Positions 52,575-63,934 of a DNA stretch of 64,000 nucleotides are shown piece by piece. Below the pieces are notes generated by a model that worked only from the letters and a program-made list of their open reading frames with translations, searched no databases and had not been told where the DNA came from. Both the position numbers and the translations under genes were made by a program. Every line of letters starts with the position of its first letter. Within the stretch, counting starts at the first letter, position 1. Source of the DNA: Andalucia godoyi And28 (Eukaryota > Protista > Jakobida); assembly GCA_009859145.1 (NCBI GenBank), contig VRVR01000020.1, positions 179,403 to 243,402 of the forward strand. The letters are read 5' to 3'.

Positions 52575-54998
52575 ATGAATTCGGGAAAAGACAGCAGTAG
52601 AAAGAGACCTAGGAGCAATCTGAAGGGGAGAAAGGAGAAGCCGACAGCCGAGCAGCAGAGTCGAAGCCGAAGTCAGAGTCAGCCGACGCGAAAGGAGAGT
52701 CGACGCAGCGAAATTGAACGGCTTCGGGGCCGAATAGAGTCTGAGAGCCCGCAAGAAGGCTCGGTTGTAGCGGCATCATCCTTGAAGAAGTTTACAGAGC
52801 TTCCACTGTCGGAACGGACGATGCAAGGGCTTGAGGAAGCTGGATACAAGACGCTGACGGATGTCCAGCGGATGGCGATTCCACATGCGCTTTGTGGGAG
52901 AGATGTTCTAGGAGCTGCAAAGACTGGGTCGGGAAAGACATTGGCGTTTGTGATTCCGCTGATTGAGAAGCTGTACAGGAATGAATGGACTGTGGAAGAC
53001 GGTCTTGGGGTTCTGGTGCTGACACCAACCCGTGAGCTGGCTCTGCAGATCTTTGAAGTGCTGCGGAAGGTCGGTAAACATCACTCGTTCTCAGCAGGTC
53101 TGGTGATTGGTGGTAAGAAAGTGGGCGAGGAGATGGAGAGAATTACAGGTATGAACATCTTGGTAGGAACACCGGGACGTGTTTTACAGCATTTGGACCA
53201 GGCACCGGATTTTCGTGCAGACAACTTGCTGATGCTTGTCCTCGATGAAGCAGATCGCTGCTTGGATATGGGTTTCGCCAAGACGCTGAACGCCATTGTG
53301 GATCATCTTCCGCCGCCACCGCAACGCCAAACTTTGCTGTTCTCCGCAACCCAAACAAAGTCAGTGAAGGATTTGGCGCGCCTTTCGCTGTCCAAGCCAG
53401 AGTTCGTATCTGCGCACGCTGAAGACGAGTCCAGCACACCCCAGCATCTTGAGCAAGTGTATCTTGTTGTCAAGGCGGATCGCAAGCTAGATATCCTTTT
53501 CCAGTTTATCAAGTCACACGTGCAGCACAAGATGGTTGTCTTTTTGGCCACAACAAAGCAAGTTCGATTCTACGCCGATGCTCTCCAAAGGTTGAAAGTG
53601 GGCGCGCCGCTCTACGGCCTCACAGGGAAAATGAAGCAAATGAAGCGCTTGTCAGTGTTTGTGACATTTTCGGAACGCAAAAACGGAGTCTTGCTGTGCA
53701 CCGATCTTGCAGCTCGAGGTCTCGATTTCCCATCGGTCGGCTGGGTGATTCAAGTCGACTGTCCAGACAGCGCAGCCACGTACATCCACCGCGTCGGTCG
53801 AACTGCTCGATATGTATCTTCTGGAAAGGCCGTGATGTTTTTGTGTCCTTCAGAGGAAGAAAAATTCGTGGAACACTTGAAAGATGCGAGAATTCCAATC
53901 GAAAAGAAGGAGGTGAACCCCAACCAGCTGCTGCTGACGACGCAGAACAAACTCGTTGCACAGGCTATGGCTGATCCGGAATTCAAGCACTCGGCAGAAA
54001 AGGCGGTCATGTCGTATGTGCGCTCAGTGCATTTGGCGTCGGACAAGTCGGTCTTCATCCTTGAGAAGTATCCGTGGGCTAGCATTGCGCAGTCCTACGG
54101 TCTTGGATCAATTCCGAAGATCAAAGTCCTCTCCAACAAGAAGAGAGACAGCAAGAATACCCCTTACGAGTTGTTAGAAATGCTTCGGCAGGAAGAGTCG
54201 GAAAAGAAAAAAGGAAAGAAAGGACATCAAGATGACTCGGACTCGGAAGACGAGGATGGTGCGATGTTGACTCTGGATCGGAAAATATTTCAACGGAAGG
54301 CTTCTGGAGTGCTGTCGTCCGAGTTCAGAAGGTTGCATGATGGCAGCGATGAGGACGATGGCGGAGACCTCCTGCAGCTGAAGAGAAAAGACCACGATCT
54401 TGGAGATGGTGCCGGAGACGCATCCAACAACGTTCGAATCAAGCGCTTGAAAATCAAGAAGAATGGCGTCTCAAAGCAAATGCAAAAGAATCAGAAGATC
54501 GTGTTTGACGAAGATGGAAATGTGGTCACTCCGTTTGAAACACTTTCGGAGTCGGCGACGGCGTTTGAACTCGAGGAAGAAGATGCCAGTGAAGACGAAT
54601 TTGATGAAAATCAACAGTCTCAATTCGCGTCTTCTGTTAAGAAGATGATGGGTGAAAAGGACAAGGAGGACAAGGAACGCGAACGCGAACGAGTCAAAGC
54701 AAAACACAAGAAGCAGAAGATGATGGACAAGGATCGTGAGGGGGACGATGATGACGAGGAGGCGGACGAGGATTCTGGAGTCAGACTGGCGTCCACTTCT
54801 GCAGGCGATGACGATGAAAGCGACGGCGAATTCAGCGACGCAACAAACGATTCCGACAGCGATTCCGAAGCGTCTTCGGAGTCAGAGGTTGACGATGAAA
54901 TAACTGCTCGCCGAGCACCCGCTGCGAAACGTCGGCGAACAGATGATACAGACATGGAGAGCCGCGAGAAGATGGCACTGAAGGCTCTAGGCCTGTGA
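52575..54998 (+). CDS. DDX10: DEAD-box helicase DDX10/Dbp4
   Basis: AAKTGSGKT, PTRELA, TPGR, DEAD, SAT, ARGLD and HRVGRTAR; GRDVLGAAK..LYRNEWT..DGLG is typical of Dbp4. ATG at 52575. Confidence 0.93.
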   Translation: MNSGKDSSRKRPRSNLKGRKEKPTAEQQSRSRSQSQPTRKESRRSEIERLRGRIESESPQEGSVVAASSLKKFTELPLSERTMQGLEEAGYKTLTDVQRMAIPHALCGRDVLGAAKTGSGKTLAFVIPLIEKLYRNEWTVEDGLGVLVLTPTRELALQIFEVLRKVGKHHSFSAGLVIGGKKVGEEMERITGMNILVGTPGRVLQHLDQAPDFRADNLLMLVLDEADRCLDMGFAKTLNAIVDHLPPPPQRQTLLFSATQTKSVKDLARLSLSKPEFVSAHAEDESSTPQHLEQVYLVVKADRKLDILFQFIKSHVQHKMVVFLATTKQVRFYADALQRLKVGAPLYGLTGKMKQMKRLSVFVTFSERKNGVLLCTDLAARGLDFPSVGWVIQVDCPDSAATYIHRVGRTARYVSSGKAVMFLCPSEEEKFVEHLKDARIPIEKKEVNPNQLLLTTQNKLVAQAMADPEFKHSAEKAVMSYVRSVHLASDKSVFILEKYPWASIAQSYGLGSIPKIKVLSNKKRDSKNTPYELLEMLRQEESEKKKGKKGHQDDSDSEDEDGAMLTLDRKIFQRKASGVLSSEFRRLHDGSDEDDGGDLLQLKRKDHDLGDGAGDASNNVRIKRLKIKKNGVSKQMQKNQKIVFDEDGNVVTPFETLSESATAFELEEEDASEDEFDENQQSQFASSVKKMMGEKDKEDKERERERVKAKHKKQKMMDKDREGDDDDEEADEDSGVRLASTSAGDDDESDGEFSDATNDSDSDSEASSESEVDDEITARRAPAAKRRRTDDTDMESREKMALKALGL

Positions 54999-55204
54999 TG
55001 AATGTTGTTGGTTTTTCTTCTTCTCTCTGCGCAGCGTCAGGTTCATGTTATCGCTGTTGTGTTCATGAAAGACAATCGAGAATAAACAAGAATCAGGATG
55101 CTTCACGAAATGTGCTTGCCTTCTATTCAATTTCATTGTAAAGTTATAACATAAATAAACAGATACATAATTAAGAAACACAACGAAGGCGCTTCCCCGC
55201 CAGT

Positions 55205-56806
55205 CTAGTCTGCTGCAACATGTTGTGAAGCTGCCGATCGCAGCGGAATAAACTTGAGGAACAGGGCAACAATCGCACCCAAGGCGCAAGCGCCTCCCAT
55301 AAACCAGAAGCCCTCGGCAATAGCAAGAGCAAACACCCGACGGAGGATGTCTTGTTCAGTGCTTGAATAATCGTCGAGGTCGTCCAATGCCTTGAGACCT
55401 TCGGACACATGTTCTTGCGAGATTTTCGCCTGCATGACAGCCTGGAAAATGGAAACTCCCACAGCTCCGGCGAGACTACGAAAGAAAGAGATAGCAGACG
55501 TGGCCGCTGCCATTTGATCCAGTTCCACAGCATTCTGCACGGCAATCATAAGGATCTGGAAGCTCAAACCGATGCCCAAGCCAATCAACATTGCAGGAGG
55601 CCCGACTTCTCCATACGCAGTATCGACCCGGATTCTAGTCAAAACAAAGGAACCAATGGCGCAGAAAGCATTGCCAAGGAACGGGAGGTACTTGTATCTT
55701 CCCGTCTTTGAGACGAATGCTCCAGACCCAATGGAGCTGATCACAAACGACGCAAGCAAAGGCAGTAAAAGCAGACCGGACGACGTTGCGCTCCTCTTCT
55801 GGATCACATGAAAGTAGACAGGAATGAAGGTGATTCCACAAAATAATGCCATGCCAACGATTCCAGAAACAAAAACCGACACGGAAACATTGCGGTTCCT
55901 AAACAGTCCTAGCGGCAAAATCGGCTCTGAAACAATGCACTCCACCACAATAAATATCACAAAGCTCGCTGCAGACCCCGCCAACATCCCGATAATGATG
56001 GGGGAGTCCCATGCGTACTCGTCGCCACCCCAAGTCAGCGACAGCAGCAGCAAGACCACAAACGACGCAACGGACAATGAGCCGACGAAATCCACCGAAT
56101 GGGCCACCCGCGGAATTGGAATCTTCACGTAAATCACAACAATTACGATCCCGACAATACAAATAGGCACATTCAGGAAGAATGCCCATCGCCAAGACAA
56201 GTAGTCTGTGCACAGTCCACCAACCAGCGGGCCTGTCACGGAGGCCAGACCATAGATTGCACCAAACAAACCTGCATATTTTCCACGTTCTCTCGGAGGA
56301 ACCAAATCGCCAAGCAGAATGGGAGTCAGCGCCATGAGTCCACCAGCACCAACACCCTGGACCGCGCGGAACGCAATCAGCTGCATCATGGATTTCGCAA
56401 GCCCACACGCAAGCGATCCTCCAAAGAACAACACATATCCGACCAGCAGAGTCCATTGCCTTCCAAAGATATCTGCGTATTTTCCGTACAATGGAACAGT
56501 GGCTGTCGAGCTCATCAGGTACACGGAAACAATCCATGAGATGTACTGTGCACCATTCAGATCCTGCACAATCGACGGAGTGGCCGCAGCCAAGATTGTT
56601 GAATCCAAAGCAGCAAGCAAAGCAGCAACCAACAGCGACGCGAAGATCATTTTGAACCGAAACGGCGGCAAAGAGTCCTTCAGTGACACTTCATGCAGCA
56701 GTGTCTGATTCTCCTCAGTACCGTTAACCGACAACCCCGAGTCCCGAACCCGAGGAACAAGCGCATCCGTCTCACTCATCGCATCCACGCTATCATGCTT
56801 CCCCAT
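55205..56806 (-). CDS. MFS DHA2 (EmrB/QacA-type) 14-TM transporter
   Basis: LAALDSTILAAATPSI, YGKYADIFGR, RAVQGVGAGG, GPLVGG and WRWAFFLNVP. ATG at 56806. Confidence 0.92.
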   Translation of the reverse strand: MGKHDSVDAMSETDALVPRVRDSGLSVNGTEENQTLLHEVSLKDSLPPFRFKMIFASLLVAALLAALDSTILAAATPSIVQDLNGAQYISWIVSVYLMSSTATVPLYGKYADIFGRQWTLLVGYVLFFGGSLACGLAKSMMQLIAFRAVQGVGAGGLMALTPILLGDLVPPRERGKYAGLFGAIYGLASVTGPLVGGLCTDYLSWRWAFFLNVPICIVGIVIVVIYVKIPIPRVAHSVDFVGSLSVASFVVLLLLSLTWGGDEYAWDSPIIIGMLAGSAASFVIFIVVECIVSEPILPLGLFRNRNVSVSVFVSGIVGMALFCGITFIPVYFHVIQKRSATSSGLLLLPLLASFVISSIGSGAFVSKTGRYKYLPFLGNAFCAIGSFVLTRIRVDTAYGEVGPPAMLIGLGIGLSFQILMIAVQNAVELDQMAAATSAISFFRSLAGAVGVSIFQAVMQAKISQEHVSEGLKALDDLDDYSSTEQDILRRVFALAIAEGFWFMGGACALGAIVALFLKFIPLRSAASQHVAAD

Positions 56807-57398
56807 GCCGCCTCGCTTCTCCGCCTCTTCTTCAAAACCCGAAACACACGCCTCACTCAATAATCTTAATCAGTACTTTGGGTAACAACCACAACCACAC
56901 GCTGCTGCTGCAATTACGCAGTAACAAAACCTTTTAATTTAAAAAACAGTAATTAAATTGATATCACTTTTTAAATTTTTTTTTTTTTTGCTATATATGT
57001 ATATATTAAAACAACTACAATAAGATAAAATGAAAAGAAAAGTCTTGTGCATCCGACATTTGGACTTCTTTCAAATATTAAATAGGAGGCTCCAAAATGC
57101 GGAAAGACAGGCGGCATTTTTTCATTTTCGCCTGTTTTTTTACAACAGGCTAACCATGCTTGCAAGTTTGCTGTTGGGCTCTGGGTTCTGGGATGGCAGA
57201 GATGGGAGGGACACGGGCGCTGAGGAAGGTCCATTTTTTTACCAGGTACGCACGGATCATTTTCTTCTTGGCCGATTATTTTAACGACTCTGAACAAACT
57301 TACAGCATGGTACTGGTACTCGTTGTTGTGTTTATCCCAGCGAAGAAGCGTGCAGGCAAAAACAGCTCTAGAAGGAAGACTGTTTTTCAGCATGGGCT

Positions 57399-58298
57399 TT
57401 ACTTTTTGATGGCAGCCGCATATGAAAAGACGCCACGACCAGTCTTTCTTCCGAGCCAGCCTGCATCGACGTACTTGATCAGCAATGGGGCGGGTGCGTA
57501 CTTGTCAGACCCGAGGTTCTCATGGAGAACGCGCATAATGTTCAGGCAGGTGTCAAGTCCGATGAAGTCTGCCAACGTAAGCGGACCCATCGGCACGTTG
57601 GTTCCGAGCTTCATGGTGGTGTCGATATCTTCTGGCGTTCCGATGTTCTCCTGGAGCGTCAAGAATGCCTCGTTGATGTACGGCATTAAAATGCGGTTTG
57701 AGATGAATCCCGGGACATCCAGTGCATTTGTGGTTGTTTTTCCCATTGCACGGGCAAGCTGGACGGTCTTATCCACGGTCGTCTGTGCCGTCGCAAGTCC
57801 CTTGACAATCTCCACAAGCTCGAGAACAGGGACTGGATAGAAAAAGTGCATTCCAATGACCTTTTCCGGACGACTGGTGACTGCTGCAATCTTTGTAATA
57901 GAGATGGACGATGTGTTTGTTGCAAGAATGGTATCTGGACCCGCAACCTTGTCGAGTGCACGGAACACATTTTGCTTGAGCTCTGTGTTCTCCGATACAG
58001 CTTCAATGCAAAAGTCTGCGCTTGACAAGTCCTCAATCTTTGATGAAAACCGAACCCGGGACTTGACCTCCTTGGCTTGTACCTCCGTCAAAAGTCCTTT
58101 CTGGACTTGCTTGGAAAGCAACGAGTCCATAAAAGAAGACGACTTGTCAAGCTGTGTCGCATTTCCATCCACCACAAGAACCTTGGACTGTGCTCGCAAT
58201 GCTCCTACAAATGCAATCCCAGTGCCCATCTGGCCTCCTCCAACCACTCCAATCAGCTTCGAAGCAGTCTCCGTACTAAACAAACGACGACCCAACAT
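57399..58298 (-). CDS. 3-hydroxybutyryl-CoA dehydrogenase (3-hydroxyacyl-CoA DH), mitochondrial
   Basis: GVVGGGQMGTGIA, IEAVSE, ATNTSSISIT, GMHFFYPVP, DVPGFISNR, PMGPLTLADFIGLD, and GWLGRKTG. Short presequence MLGRRLFS. Confidence 0.93.
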   Translation of the reverse strand: MLGRRLFSTETASKLIGVVGGGQMGTGIAFVGALRAQSKVLVVDGNATQLDKSSSFMDSLLSKQVQKGLLTEVQAKEVKSRVRFSSKIEDLSSADFCIEAVSENTELKQNVFRALDKVAGPDTILATNTSSISITKIAAVTSRPEKVIGMHFFYPVPVLELVEIVKGLATAQTTVDKTVQLARAMGKTTTNALDVPGFISNRILMPYINEAFLTLQENIGTPEDIDTTMKLGTNVPMGPLTLADFIGLDTCLNIMRVLHENLGSDKYAPAPLLIKYVDAGWLGRKTGRGVFSYAAAIKK

Positions 58299-58745
58299 TC
58301 TATCCCCAAACAATTCGTTTTTAAGAAAAGCGAAACAAAACCGTGAATTTTAAATTTTAAAAACGAAACAAAATGATACTGAAACAAAATATCTTACATC
58401 ACACCTCTTTTTCAGAACTGAACTGCAAAAAACGAAACGACCTGCAAAAGAGGAATAGTCCATATGAAAAGGATGGGTCCGAGAGTCCAGAGCCCCAAAG
58501 TTTCACTCCCGAGGTGTTCGGTGGTTGTACGAGTAGACTACTGTCGACTTACAATCTTTCCTACATAGAAGAGAAACCCCCAAAGGACAAGGAAACAGAA
58601 GAGGAGAAAGAAGGAGTGGTGTTCTGCGGCTGGTGGACTGACCGTGTGTTGTCGAAACGAGGAACTGGATTGACGGATTTATGCACGCTGACGAACGGTT
58701 TTTGAGAAGAAGAAACAGAGCGACGGAAGAAAAGAGGCTGAAGGA

Positions 58746-59342
58746 ATGTTGTTGATTTTGGAGGAGGAGCAAAAGAATGATTTGAAACTATTGGATGGAA
58801 TGGATCCGGCTGTTTTGGGCGATTTCGTTCCGTTGGCTGTGAGCTTTTTTCGCACTGGAGAGAAGGAAAAAGTGGTGACAAAGGCAGCGAGCATGCTCAG
58901 TGTTGCGCAGCCGGTGGTTCAAAGGTGCTTGTACGGACTCTCCATGCTTTATTTGCAATGTGCAAAGCAGGGAATGACTGCGAAGGAATGCCTGGACTCA
59001 CTCACAGCTGCAGGTTGCGCACAAGCTGTGGCGACGAGAGTCTCGGATGAATACGCAGGTGCATTCGAGTATCTCCGAAGCTCTGCTTTGAAATTGGAAG
59101 ATGTCTCGGATGTTGGAAAGTACCAGAATCTGGAGTGGAGACTGGACGTCGAAATCAGCAAACGAGCACTGTTTCACACCATGGAGCCGCGGTTTGTCCT
59201 GGGGCTGCAAACGTCATCGCAAGGGAAGCAGTTCATGGAATGTTCGTATGGGACTCTAGCACACATCGTCGATGAGTTGGAAACTGCGCTTGCAGAAAGC
59301 ACAAACCCACGATCACGAAGAATCCAAAGGTACATCAAATGA
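58746..59342 (+). CDS. COMMD2: COMM domain-containing protein 2
   Basis: MLLILEEEQKNDLKLL..LGDFVPLAVSFFRTG N-terminus and COMM domain YQNLEWRLDVEISKR. Confidence 0.85.
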   Translation: MLLILEEEQKNDLKLLDGMDPAVLGDFVPLAVSFFRTGEKEKVVTKAASMLSVAQPVVQRCLYGLSMLYLQCAKQGMTAKECLDSLTAAGCAQAVATRVSDEYAGAFEYLRSSALKLEDVSDVGKYQNLEWRLDVEISKRALFHTMEPRFVLGLQTSSQGKQFMECSYGTLAHIVDELETALAESTNPRSRRIQRYIK

Positions 59343-59624
59343 ATAAGCAAATAATAAAATGATAACCGGATCCAATCGCCATTTCCTTTTTCCTCGCGCT
59401 GCAGCACATCAATATGATCGCGTAGCATTAATTTACAGTTTCATTCAAAAGGGAGGCGAGCTGTGCAATGTGATGAACAAGCGCTGCGAGTTAAAATAGC
59501 AGTGAAACGAGGGGGGGGGGGGAGGTTGTGTCAAGAAATCTAAGGGAAACTTGTGACAGGTGTAGGAGAAAGGGCGACGGAGAGTGGTCACGACGACTGA
59601 GACGACGACAGTGCATTTGCAAGA

Positions 59625-62141
59625 TCATGGTTTCGCTGCGGAGGTGACCAGCAATGGTGTAATTCTCTTCTTGGCTTTCTTTGGATCGCTTCCGGCAACG
59701 ATAGGCTCGGGAAGAAGTGATTCATTCGCCAAAGGATTCGCTGACAGCAAGGATGACTGGTCCGTCGCCACTGGGTGCAACGCATGAGACCCGGCCTCTG
59801 GGCTGTCTCTCTTCCGGTGAAAGAGCGAGTCAATCGTGGGAGAAACATACTGTCTCGGTTTCGATGTTTGTGGAGCGTCGGTGCTGTGGACAACAACAGC
59901 CAGTCGAGGAATCGGCGTGGTGGTCTCCTCGAACTGAGGATCCGACGGCGTGACAAATTCTAAACGCTTGGATTTGGAGTCTTCTGCAAGACCATTCAAT
60001 TCCGCGAGCGTAGGCTTGGCAATTTCGTCGACCATCTTCTCTTGCTTCGGGCCGTCTTCCCTCTTCTCCTTCTTTTTCGAGGATGTCGCTTTTCTGCGAA
60101 GCCCAGCAACGAGGCGGAACCGTTCCAGATGCTGCTTCTTGTCCTCCTCGGGAATCGGATCACCAAGAGACCCCGGACGGAAACTAACAAATGTGATGTA
60201 CCCATCTCGACTGGAAACGGCCAGAATTGACCCGCTGGGAGACCAAGTTAAGTCCGTTAAGGTGGAGTAGTGGATGTCCGAGATCTGCGCAATCGGGTGA
60301 TCTACGGAGGTGTCGAAAATCAAAACGCTATCCATGGTCGCAACTGCGAACACCATTCGGTAGGGCAGATCCACGATAGTCTGCACATTTGCCGGCACTT
60401 TGTACCATACGGGACTGAATCGAATCGCCAGTGCGGCTTTTCGGAAACCATCAAGGCGAATGACAGGCGCTGTCCAGTCTCGGCGGGCAAACACAAAACA
60501 AGCGTTCACCATTTTTCTGGATGTCTGTGGAGGCTTTGCCGTTTCTCCATCTGCACTGAGCTTGCCATCCTCTGCAGGGACGGATGAAGAAGAAGAAGTG
60601 GTGGAAGAGGAGACAGGGATTTCAACGGGTGCTTGCGCAGCGGGGATAACCAGCAACGACCCATCCGGACTGAAACAAGGACGGCGCATGAGGACCCCGG
60701 CACTTTCATCGCGGAAAAGCCACTGCCCTTCAGCATCCTTTCTGATGGCATGCCGGACTTGCCATTTCCCCCGTGGGATCCTTCCAAACCAACCCGGATC
60801 CTCCTCTTCTTCTTCTTCAGCCTCCTTTGTGTCCGACGCCGAGGAAACAGCAGGCGCAGAAGTGCTGTTGGTGGTGGTGCCAGTCAGATTGGCCGCAAAA
60901 AGAGGAGGCGCGAATGAAGAGGGGGCCGAAGACGGCAAGGTCGCGCTTGGATCGGTGGTGGCAGCTTCGGAAGCGACGGGTCCGATGGTCGACGGAAGAA
61001 CAGGAGGCTGCACAGACGAGGTCACCAGTTGGTCTTGGGGACTCCGTCCGTGGAGAGCGGTGCACGCAGCTGTTTCTGCGTTGAGGCTGCTCAATTCTGC
61101 AGCACCATTTGCGGAAATAGGGACACGCTGGTCCGAGTCTGTCAAGGAACCGAGTGCAGATAGACCAGGAGCAGGGAACCCGGGCGGACCCGCAGAAACA
61201 CACGGATTTGCGTGTGGTGGAGCACTGGAAGTCGCCGTGCTGTGTGCACCGTTTGTGCTTGCGTTTGCGTTTGCAGCTGCCGCTTTGCTGCTCTTCTTGT
61301 GCTGGTCATTCTTGACATATGGGATGCCATAGATTCGCAGCGTCCTGTCGGGCCCGCAGCTGGCAACGAACTGCCCAAGCGGATCCCATGCGACGCCTTG
61401 TACATAGTGCGCGGCATCGTCCAGCCTGGCCACCAGTTGCCTCTTTTCCACATTCCACACGACGGCACGATTGTCAACGGATCCTGAAACAAGATACCGG
61501 GAGTCTGGTGACCAGCAAAGGTCAGTTACGTCATTAATATGATCTCGATAAATACCCACCAATGTCCAGGTGGGAAGGCTCAGCAGATCGTCTTCCAAAG
61601 GCGGTGTTGCACGATGGATAATCACACAATTGTCATCCGCCGATGATGCAACGTAGAGCCCATTCGGCGAGAACCTTACTGCATTGACAGATCCATCATG
61701 CCGAGACAACTCGGTGTGAAACGTAGCATTCGGAAAAGAGGTATGAATCGAGTTCGACCCGCAATTCCTGGGTGGAGTTGTGTACAAATCCAGGACCGCA
61801 GCATCGATTCGACAGGGAAATCCCAAGAGCCCGGTGGCGTCAGGCAATTGTGCATTGCTAATCGAGCTCACGGGTTCTTGCGTAGCCGAGGATCCATCCA
61901 ACGTAGACGAAACAGACGCCGCCTCGGATGCACCGCCAGCAGCAGCGTCATTTGGCTTCGCAGCTTCTGACCTAACCGATGAGAACGAAATGGACCAGAT
62001 TCGCACTGTATTGTCGGAGCCTCCTGTAGCCAAGATTGGTAGAAAAGGATGGAAGTCTATCCCAAAAATCGGCTCGGCATGGTCTCGATGATGCCACGCA
62101 ATCTGCAAGGTCCTCACCAAAAGATCACTCGACAATGACAT
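59625..62141 (-). CDS. CHAF1B: Chromatin assembly factor 1 subunit B (p60/Cac2)
   Basis: TLQIAWH..PIFGIDFH..LATGGSDNTVRIW, LSRHDGSVNAVRFSPNG, HYVQGVAWDP, RRPCFSPDGSLL, IRFSP..LPYRMVFAVAT, and IHYSTLTDLTWS. ATG at 62141. Confidence 0.9.
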   Translation of the reverse strand: MSLSSDLLVRTLQIAWHHRDHAEPIFGIDFHPFLPILATGGSDNTVRIWSISFSSVRSEAAKPNDAAAGGASEAASVSSTLDGSSATQEPVSSISNAQLPDATGLLGFPCRIDAAVLDLYTTPPRNCGSNSIHTSFPNATFHTELSRHDGSVNAVRFSPNGLYVASSADDNCVIIHRATPPLEDDLLSLPTWTLVGIYRDHINDVTDLCWSPDSRYLVSGSVDNRAVVWNVEKRQLVARLDDAAHYVQGVAWDPLGQFVASCGPDRTLRIYGIPYVKNDQHKKSSKAAAANANASTNGAHSTATSSAPPHANPCVSAGPPGFPAPGLSALGSLTDSDQRVPISANGAAELSSLNAETAACTALHGRSPQDQLVTSSVQPPVLPSTIGPVASEAATTDPSATLPSSAPSSFAPPLFAANLTGTTTNSTSAPAVSSASDTKEAEEEEEEDPGWFGRIPRGKWQVRHAIRKDAEGQWLFRDESAGVLMRRPCFSPDGSLLVIPAAQAPVEIPVSSSTTSSSSSVPAEDGKLSADGETAKPPQTSRKMVNACFVFARRDWTAPVIRLDGFRKAALAIRFSPVWYKVPANVQTIVDLPYRMVFAVATMDSVLIFDTSVDHPIAQISDIHYSTLTDLTWSPSGSILAVSSRDGYITFVSFRPGSLGDPIPEEDKKQHLERFRLVAGLRRKATSSKKKEKREDGPKQEKMVDEIAKPTLAELNGLAEDSKSKRLEFVTPSDPQFEETTTPIPRLAVVVHSTDAPQTSKPRQYVSPTIDSLFHRKRDSPEAGSHALHPVATDQSSLLSANPLANESLLPEPIVAGSDPKKAKKRITPLLVTSAAKP

Positions 62142-63004
62142 CTCTTCCTTCTTCAGCCTCCTTACGAAAAAGAAAACCAAACAAAACAACCCGCTTCTTT
62201 GTTTCCTGTTTTCTGTTTCCTATTCCTTTGTTTCCTATTCCTTTGTTTCCTGCTTACTGACACGGTACCTTTTGAAAGATTTCCAAATTACTTTCAATCG
62301 TTTAAAAATAAAACAAAATCATGTAGAATGAGTTTGGAATTTATGAGTTGCAGAACGCCGACAGGAAAGACACGAGCCCGGAAGAGCGTTCCGTCGAGTA
62401 GTGTTGCATTTTCCTTGGGCGTGTGTGTTTTGGCGCGCTGCCTCGCGGGAAGGATTACAGTCGCTGGATCTGGAAAAACCTCGAACGACGGACGGATGTT
62501 CCATTTGAAACCTTGATGCTTGAGTCCATTTTCGGGGGGGGGGAAGAGGCAGGGGGTTTCATGCGCTGTCGGGATTGAAAGTGGACCGAAAATGTGGCGC
62601 TATGCTTTCCAAATCGGGCTATCCCAGCAAGCGCTTCGGGCCGATTCTCCCTGTCACGCCTCATGAGTCGTTTCGCTCCAACATTTTTTGTAGAGAGACC
62701 ACGAGTCATGTTCCCGCAAAACAGCAACAGCAAGCCGGACCTTTCTACTATTCATGACGCGCAAAAAAGCTTTTCCAAATCTCATTGATCACAAAATCCA
62801 GACGCGGCTCTTCTTCGTTTTGTTTTCCTTTTGTTTTCCCTCGAATTCTTTTTGTTCTACTGTTTTTTTGTTTTTCTGTGTTGTTTCCGACGTTTTCCGA
62901 GTTCTATTTTTTCAGGCTCTTCGAGTGTTTTTTCGGTTTGCTGTGTGATCGAGAAGGAAGAAGAAGAAAAGGCTTGGAAAAGCTGAGAAAAGTTGAAACA
63001 GAAA

Positions 63005-63934
63005 ATGTCGCATGTTGTTGCATTGGCGCAGTCTCCGTTTGAGCCTATTTGGCAAATGTTTCTGAGAAGTGAAAAGTTGATCGGGAATGATATTCTGTTT
63101 GGAGTAGCAATCCAGCAGTTCTTCCATGTGTCGTACATCATTGTGTCTTCGATCTGGACCTATTTGTACATTTACCACAACTACAAGCATGGTGCGCATC
63201 GTCCAGCTGCGCTTCGGCTGAACTTTATTCTCAAGTGGCTTGCGATCAACACGCTTGTGCTCATCAGCGTTGCCGCTTTGCCGCCTGCGCTGGGTCTCAA
63301 GGCTGAGTGGCCCGTCCACGCCCCTTCGGTCTCCACATTCCTCTATCAGTTGTTCTGGATTCTGGTCTGGTACGACGTGTTTTTCTGGACTTTCCACTAC
63401 GCTTTCCATCGCATTCCTTGGTTCTACAAGAACATTCACTCCGTGCACCACCAGTGCAACCCGGTTGTGGCCGTTCATTCGCAGGTGATGCATCCTTTGG
63501 AAATGCTCTTGCTCACTTTCCCCGCAATTGTCCCGGGTGTTGCCCTTGGCTACCACCCATTCTCCTACTTTTTCTTCCAGATGTGCCTTGTCGTGTATGG
63601 TTCGTTTGTTCACGGACACTTTGACTACAACGTCGAGAAATACACGCTTGGAATCATGGCTGGCTCTATCTCCCATGGAAGACACCACACGGCCTGCGAC
63701 ACCAACTACGGGGGATTCACGTCAATCATGGACCGGTTGATGGGAACGTACACTTTTGACAAGCACGTTCGGAATAACTCCCCTCTCGACTTTGCATTCC
63801 GTGCTATCGACTCGATGCTGGGAAGACAGGAGGATCCGAGACTCGACAGGGCCGCTGCTATGTTCTTGGCCGAGGAAAAGAAGAACTTTGAGCTGCAGCA
63901 ACAGGCTGAGAAGAAGACCAAGAAAGTCGAGTAG
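63005..63934 (+). CDS. Fatty-acid hydroxylase/sterol desaturase family (SMO/CH25H-like)
   Basis: His boxes HYAFH, IHSVHH, HGHF and HGRHH; NYGGFTSIMDRLMGT. ATG at 63005. Confidence 0.88.
   Translation: MSHVVALAQSPFEPIWQMFLRSEKLIGNDILFGVAIQQFFHVSYIIVSSIWTYLYIYHNYKHGAHRPAALRLNFILKWLAINTLVLISVAALPPALGLKAEWPVHAPSVSTFLYQLFWILVWYDVFFWTFHYAFHRIPWFYKNIHSVHHQCNPVVAVHSQVMHPLEMLLLTFPAIVPGVALGYHPFSYFFFQMCLVVYGSFVHGHFDYNVEKYTLGIMAGSISHGRHHTACDTNYGGFTSIMDRLMGTYTFDKHVRNNSPLDFAFRAIDSMLGRQEDPRLDRAAAMFLAEEKKNFELQQQAEKKTKKVE

Noticed and set aside
62300-62760. Possible small gene or ncRNA between the CHAF1B and hydroxylase starts
   Set aside because: Only short ORFs without motifs; most likely divergent promoter/UTR sequence.
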